Assembly: GCA_963703225.1 (NCBI GenBank)
Contig: OY969801.1
Coordinates: 1,792,001-1,856,000 of the forward strand
DNA length: 64,000 nucleotides
Direction: 5' to 3'
DNA from: Candidatus Eiseniibacteriota bacterium
Lineage (GTDB): Bacteria; Eisenbacteria; RBG-16-71-46; SZUA-252
Positions 61,087 through 64,000 of this stretch are shown in pieces; position 1 is the first letter of the stretch, and each line of letters opens with the position of its first letter. The notes under the pieces were generated by a model, which did not search any database, was not told the origin of the DNA, and saw nothing but the letters and a program-made list of their open reading frames with translations. A program made the translations under genes and the position numbers.

Positions 61087-62841
61087 GTGAGCCTCGGATC
61101 GGCTCGTCAAATCGAGGTTCCCGGCTCGCTGGATGCCGAGTACCAGTCGACGCTCGCGACGCTCCTGAGCCAGGGCGCGATCGCGCGCCTCAAGGCCCGC
61201 GATCCTGGGCTCTGGACCCGTGAGACGGCCCGCGCCGCGTCGATCCGCGATCGCCTCGGCTGGATCGACTCGCCGCGGTGGCTAAGGGAGAAGGCTCCGG
61301 AGATGACCGCGTTCGCCGCCGAAGTGCGCGCCGCGGGATTCACCCACGTGCTCCTCCTGGGCATGGGCGGATCGAGCCTCGCGGCTGAGGTCTTTCAACG
61401 CGTCCTGGTGGCGGGTCCGGGAGCGCCGGCGCTCGATGTCCTCGACTCCACCGACCCCGCCGCCATCGCCGGCGCCGAGGCCGGGAGCCGGCTCGACCAC
61501 ACCTTCTTCCTCGTCTCGAGCAAGTCAGGGAAAACCGTCGAGACGATGAGCCAGTACGGGTACTTTCGCTCCAAGGTTGAGGCGCTCGGCCTTCCGAACC
61601 CCGGCGGCCAGTTCGCCGCGATCACCGACAAGGGCTCCCCGCTCGATCGGCTCGGGGCAAAGGAATCCTTCCGGCGGGTCTTTCACAACCCCGCCGACGT
61701 GGGTGGCCGCTACTCGGCGCTGACCTACTTTGGGGCTCTTCCGGCCGCGCTCCTGGGCCTCGACCTAGACGGTCTCGCCCGTCGGGCCGAGGCGGCGCGA
61801 GAGAGATCGCTGGCTGATTCGGCTTCCGCGAACGACGCGCTTCGCCTCGGCGCCCTGCTCGGAGCCGCGGCAAGGGCGGGCCGGAACAAGCTGACCATTC
61901 TCACCTCCCCTGCCCTCCGCCCTGTCGGCTACTGGATCGAGCAGCTGGTCGCGGAGAGCACCGGAAAGAGCGGATTGGGACTAGTGCCGGTTGAAGGGGA
62001 GCCCCTGGGACCGGCGCATCACTACGGGGGCGATCGCCTGCTGCTCTCGATCGCGCTGGAGGGCGAGGAGGACGGCGAGATCGAGCGGCTCGGCTCGGAG
62101 TTGAGCAGCGCGAATACGCCGTGGGTCCAGATCGTCCTCCCCGACCTAGACGCGGTCGCCGGCGAGCTCTACAAATGGGAGGTCGCGACGGCCCTGGCAG
62201 CCGTGGTCATCGGGATCAACCCATTCGACGAGCCGAACGTGCAGGAGAGCAAGGAACGGACGGATACTTTTCTGGCGGCAATCGAGCAGAAGGGCGCAGT
62301 GCCGGCGTCGGAGCCACAGGCTCGCGGAGAAGGCATCGAGATCTACGCTCCCGATTCGGTCTGGGCCCGGCTCCAGACGGGCGCGCCCTCCATGCCCAGC
62401 CTCGAAATGGTGCTGAACCGATTCCTCGCTTTGGCGGAGCCGGGGGGATACCTCGCGATCCTCGCCTACATCGAGCGCACCGCCGCGGCCGAGGCCTCGT
62501 TCTCGCTTCTGCGCCGCGCCGTTCGAAACGCGGTCCACATCCCAGTACTCCAAGGCTATGGACCCCGCTACCTGCACTCGATCGGCCAACTCTTCAAAGG
62601 GGGGCCGCCCGGCGGAATGTTCCTCGAGATCACCACGGCCGATCCGGCCGATCTCCAGATTCCGGGAAGGAGGGCCACGTTTGGCCAGCTAAAGGCGGCC
62701 CAGGCATGGGGCGATTTCGACGCGCTCGCGTCGCGCGGAGCACCGGTGCTTCGCCTCCATCTGACCCTGGGAGCCGACGCCGGCCTCCGAGCGGTGGCCC
62801 ACGCCGCCGAGCGCGCGCTCGCCGCGATGCACGGCGTCTAG
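61087..62841 (+). CDS. pgi: Glucose-6-phosphate isomerase (type found in Tal-Pgi bifunctional proteins; no transaldolase domain)
   Basis: LLGMGGSSL, VSSKSGKTVET, DVGGRYSAL, EQLVAESTGK, NPFDEPNVQESK, YGPRYLHSIGQ. Confidence 0.85.
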   Translation: MSLGSARQIEVPGSLDAEYQSTLATLLSQGAIARLKARDPGLWTRETARAASIRDRLGWIDSPRWLREKAPEMTAFAAEVRAAGFTHVLLLGMGGSSLAAEVFQRVLVAGPGAPALDVLDSTDPAAIAGAEAGSRLDHTFFLVSSKSGKTVETMSQYGYFRSKVEALGLPNPGGQFAAITDKGSPLDRLGAKESFRRVFHNPADVGGRYSALTYFGALPAALLGLDLDGLARRAEAARERSLADSASANDALRLGALLGAAARAGRNKLTILTSPALRPVGYWIEQLVAESTGKSGLGLVPVEGEPLGPAHHYGGDRLLLSIALEGEEDGEIERLGSELSSANTPWVQIVLPDLDAVAGELYKWEVATALAAVVIGINPFDEPNVQESKERTDTFLAAIEQKGAVPASEPQARGEGIEIYAPDSVWARLQTGAPSMPSLEMVLNRFLALAEPGGYLAILAYIERTAAAEASFSLLRRAVRNAVHIPVLQGYGPRYLHSIGQLFKGGPPGGMFLEITTADPADLQIPGRRATFGQLKAAQAWGDFDALASRGAPVLRLHLTLGADAGLRAVAHAAERALAAMHGV

Positions 62842-62881
62842 GAAAAGCCGCCCTCGGCCTCCCTCGCCGACCGGTGGAGGG

Positions 62882-63667
62882 CTACTTCAGCAATCGTTTG
62901 ATCGGGGCGTAGGGGTGTTGGTCTCGGGACAACCCGGCATCCAGCCCCATCGATTTGAGCTCAGTCCGGAGCGACGCGATCCGGTCGTGGAGGGTGGGGT
63001 GGCTGTAGCCAATAGGCTCCCAAAATTGCCCCGCTTGGGCAGTTACCGGATTCATCTTCTCCAACACTTGAATCATTCCCTCCGGATTGATCCCGGCCCG
63101 CGATAGGTAGAGCAAGGCTGTGACGTCGGCCCGGGCCTCCACCTCACGGGTATACCCGGCCCCGAAGAGCCGCAGCGCCTCGGCGCCCGCCGCGGTCGTA
63201 TCGGCCCCCTTGGGCCCGCTCAAGATCTCGGCCAGCTCGGAGTCGCTCAGATTGTGCTCCAGAAGTGCCGACGGATCCCGCAGCGCCACATGCGCGATCT
63301 CGTGCCCCAGAACTCCCGCAACCTCGGACTCGGTATCGACCCGCTGGAGCAGCCCGGTCGAGACGTAGATCATCCCGCCTGGGAAGGCCACCGCCCTCGA
63401 ATCCGGCGAGACATAGACCCCCACCGTGTAGGGAATTTCCGGCCGATCCGACAGTCGGGCAATTCGTTGACTGATCTGGTTCAGGTAGTCGTTTACCTTG
63501 GGATCCAGCTCGGGTGCCACACCGGTCTCGAATCGCTTGGCGATCCGGCTCCCGATGATCCGCTCGTGCTGATCGCTCAGCGGGACCGGCACCAGCCGCT
63601 CCACCCCCTGCGTCCCGGCGCAGCCCGATAGGAGAGCGACCGCCGCGATGATCGATAGTTGGCGCAC
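62882..63667 (-). CDS. M48 family metalloprotease lipoprotein
   Basis: Lipobox LSGC; AFPGGMIYVSTGLL; GHEIAH; YTREVEARAD; SHP. Confidence 0.85.
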   Translation of the reverse strand: MRQLSIIAAVALLSGCAGTQGVERLVPVPLSDQHERIIGSRIAKRFETGVAPELDPKVNDYLNQISQRIARLSDRPEIPYTVGVYVSPDSRAVAFPGGMIYVSTGLLQRVDTESEVAGVLGHEIAHVALRDPSALLEHNLSDSELAEILSGPKGADTTAAGAEALRLFGAGYTREVEARADVTALLYLSRAGINPEGMIQVLEKMNPVTAQAGQFWEPIGYSHPTLHDRIASLRTELKSMGLDAGLSRDQHPYAPIKRLLK

Positions 63668-63673
63668 GCGCGC

Positions 63674-63702
63674 AGGGTAGTGCTGGCCCCGCGGCCGGTC
63701 AA
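63674..63702 (-). promoter_or_regulatory. sigma-70 promoter TTGACC-N17-TACCCT, 6 nt upstream of GTG 63667 (leaderless)
   Basis: Minus-strand read TTGACC ggccgcggggccagcac TACCCT gcgcgc GTG. Confidence 0.55.
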
Positions 63703-63833
63703 TGCGCGTCTGCGTCGACGCGCTGGGATTGACGTTGACCCTCGATCCGCAGGCGCCCGCTACCCCTTGCGCCTCCCCGAGCGAATCCGGCATCATCGAG
63801 TGGTCCTATTCACTCACGCCCAAGGAGGAACGA

Positions 63834-64000
63834 ATGCCTGCCCGCAAGAAGTCCGCTCGCAAAGCAGCTCCAAGGAAGGCCGCCCCCAAGAAGAAGATCG
63901 CAGCGAAGAGGGCCGCCCCGAAGAAGGCAGCCGCGAAGAAGGCGGCCGCCGCTCCGCAGGCGACGCCGAGCGCCATCGGGGCCATGAACCACCACCTCGA
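63834..64000 (+). CDS. 3'-truncated ORF with histone-H1-like Lys/Ala/Pro-rich N-terminus (not in the ORF track)
   Basis: AAGGAGG RBS at 63822-63828; MPARKKSARKAAPRKAAPKKKIAAKRAAPKKAAAKKAAAAPQATPSAIGAMNHHL... runs off the window. Confidence 0.75.
   Translation, partial: MPARKKSARKAAPRKAAPKKKIAAKRAAPKKAAAKKAAAAPQATPSAIGAMNHHL

Overview
High-GC bacterial chromosomal window, densely coding, with about 48 genes and one tRNA-Leu(TAA). I found no rRNA, CRISPR array, integrase or transposase. Housekeeping genes include gltX, tkt, acnA, carAB, msrB, osmC, mgtA, rpiB/pgi, a DEAD-box helicase, an AlkA-type glycosylase and a PiT/DUF47 pair. The window also has many peptidases (M16, C25, two M48, two M3) and two large secreted proteins ending in a FlgD-Ig/T9SS-like C-terminal domain. 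That domain style suggests an FCB-related diderm lineage such as Ca. Eisenbacteria (inference). The standout is a tightly overlapping five-gene operon (36105-42569) behind a consensus sigma-54 promoter. It encodes a membrane-anchored 2x[4Fe-4S]/FAD/NADPH oxidoreductase with a circularly permuted TrxR-like motif order, a membrane protein with two H-x13-H helices (likely di-heme b), 17-heme and 13-heme periplasmic cytochromes c, and a predicted outer-membrane beta-barrel. Together these look like a candidate quinone-independent electron conduit spanning the envelope from cytoplasmic NADPH to the cell surface. Other oddities are a duplicated structured non-coding element (51961-52207), an internally deleted thioredoxin-NHL gene, repeated leaderless-promoter signatures, and many single-base frameshifts that are probably long-read errors.
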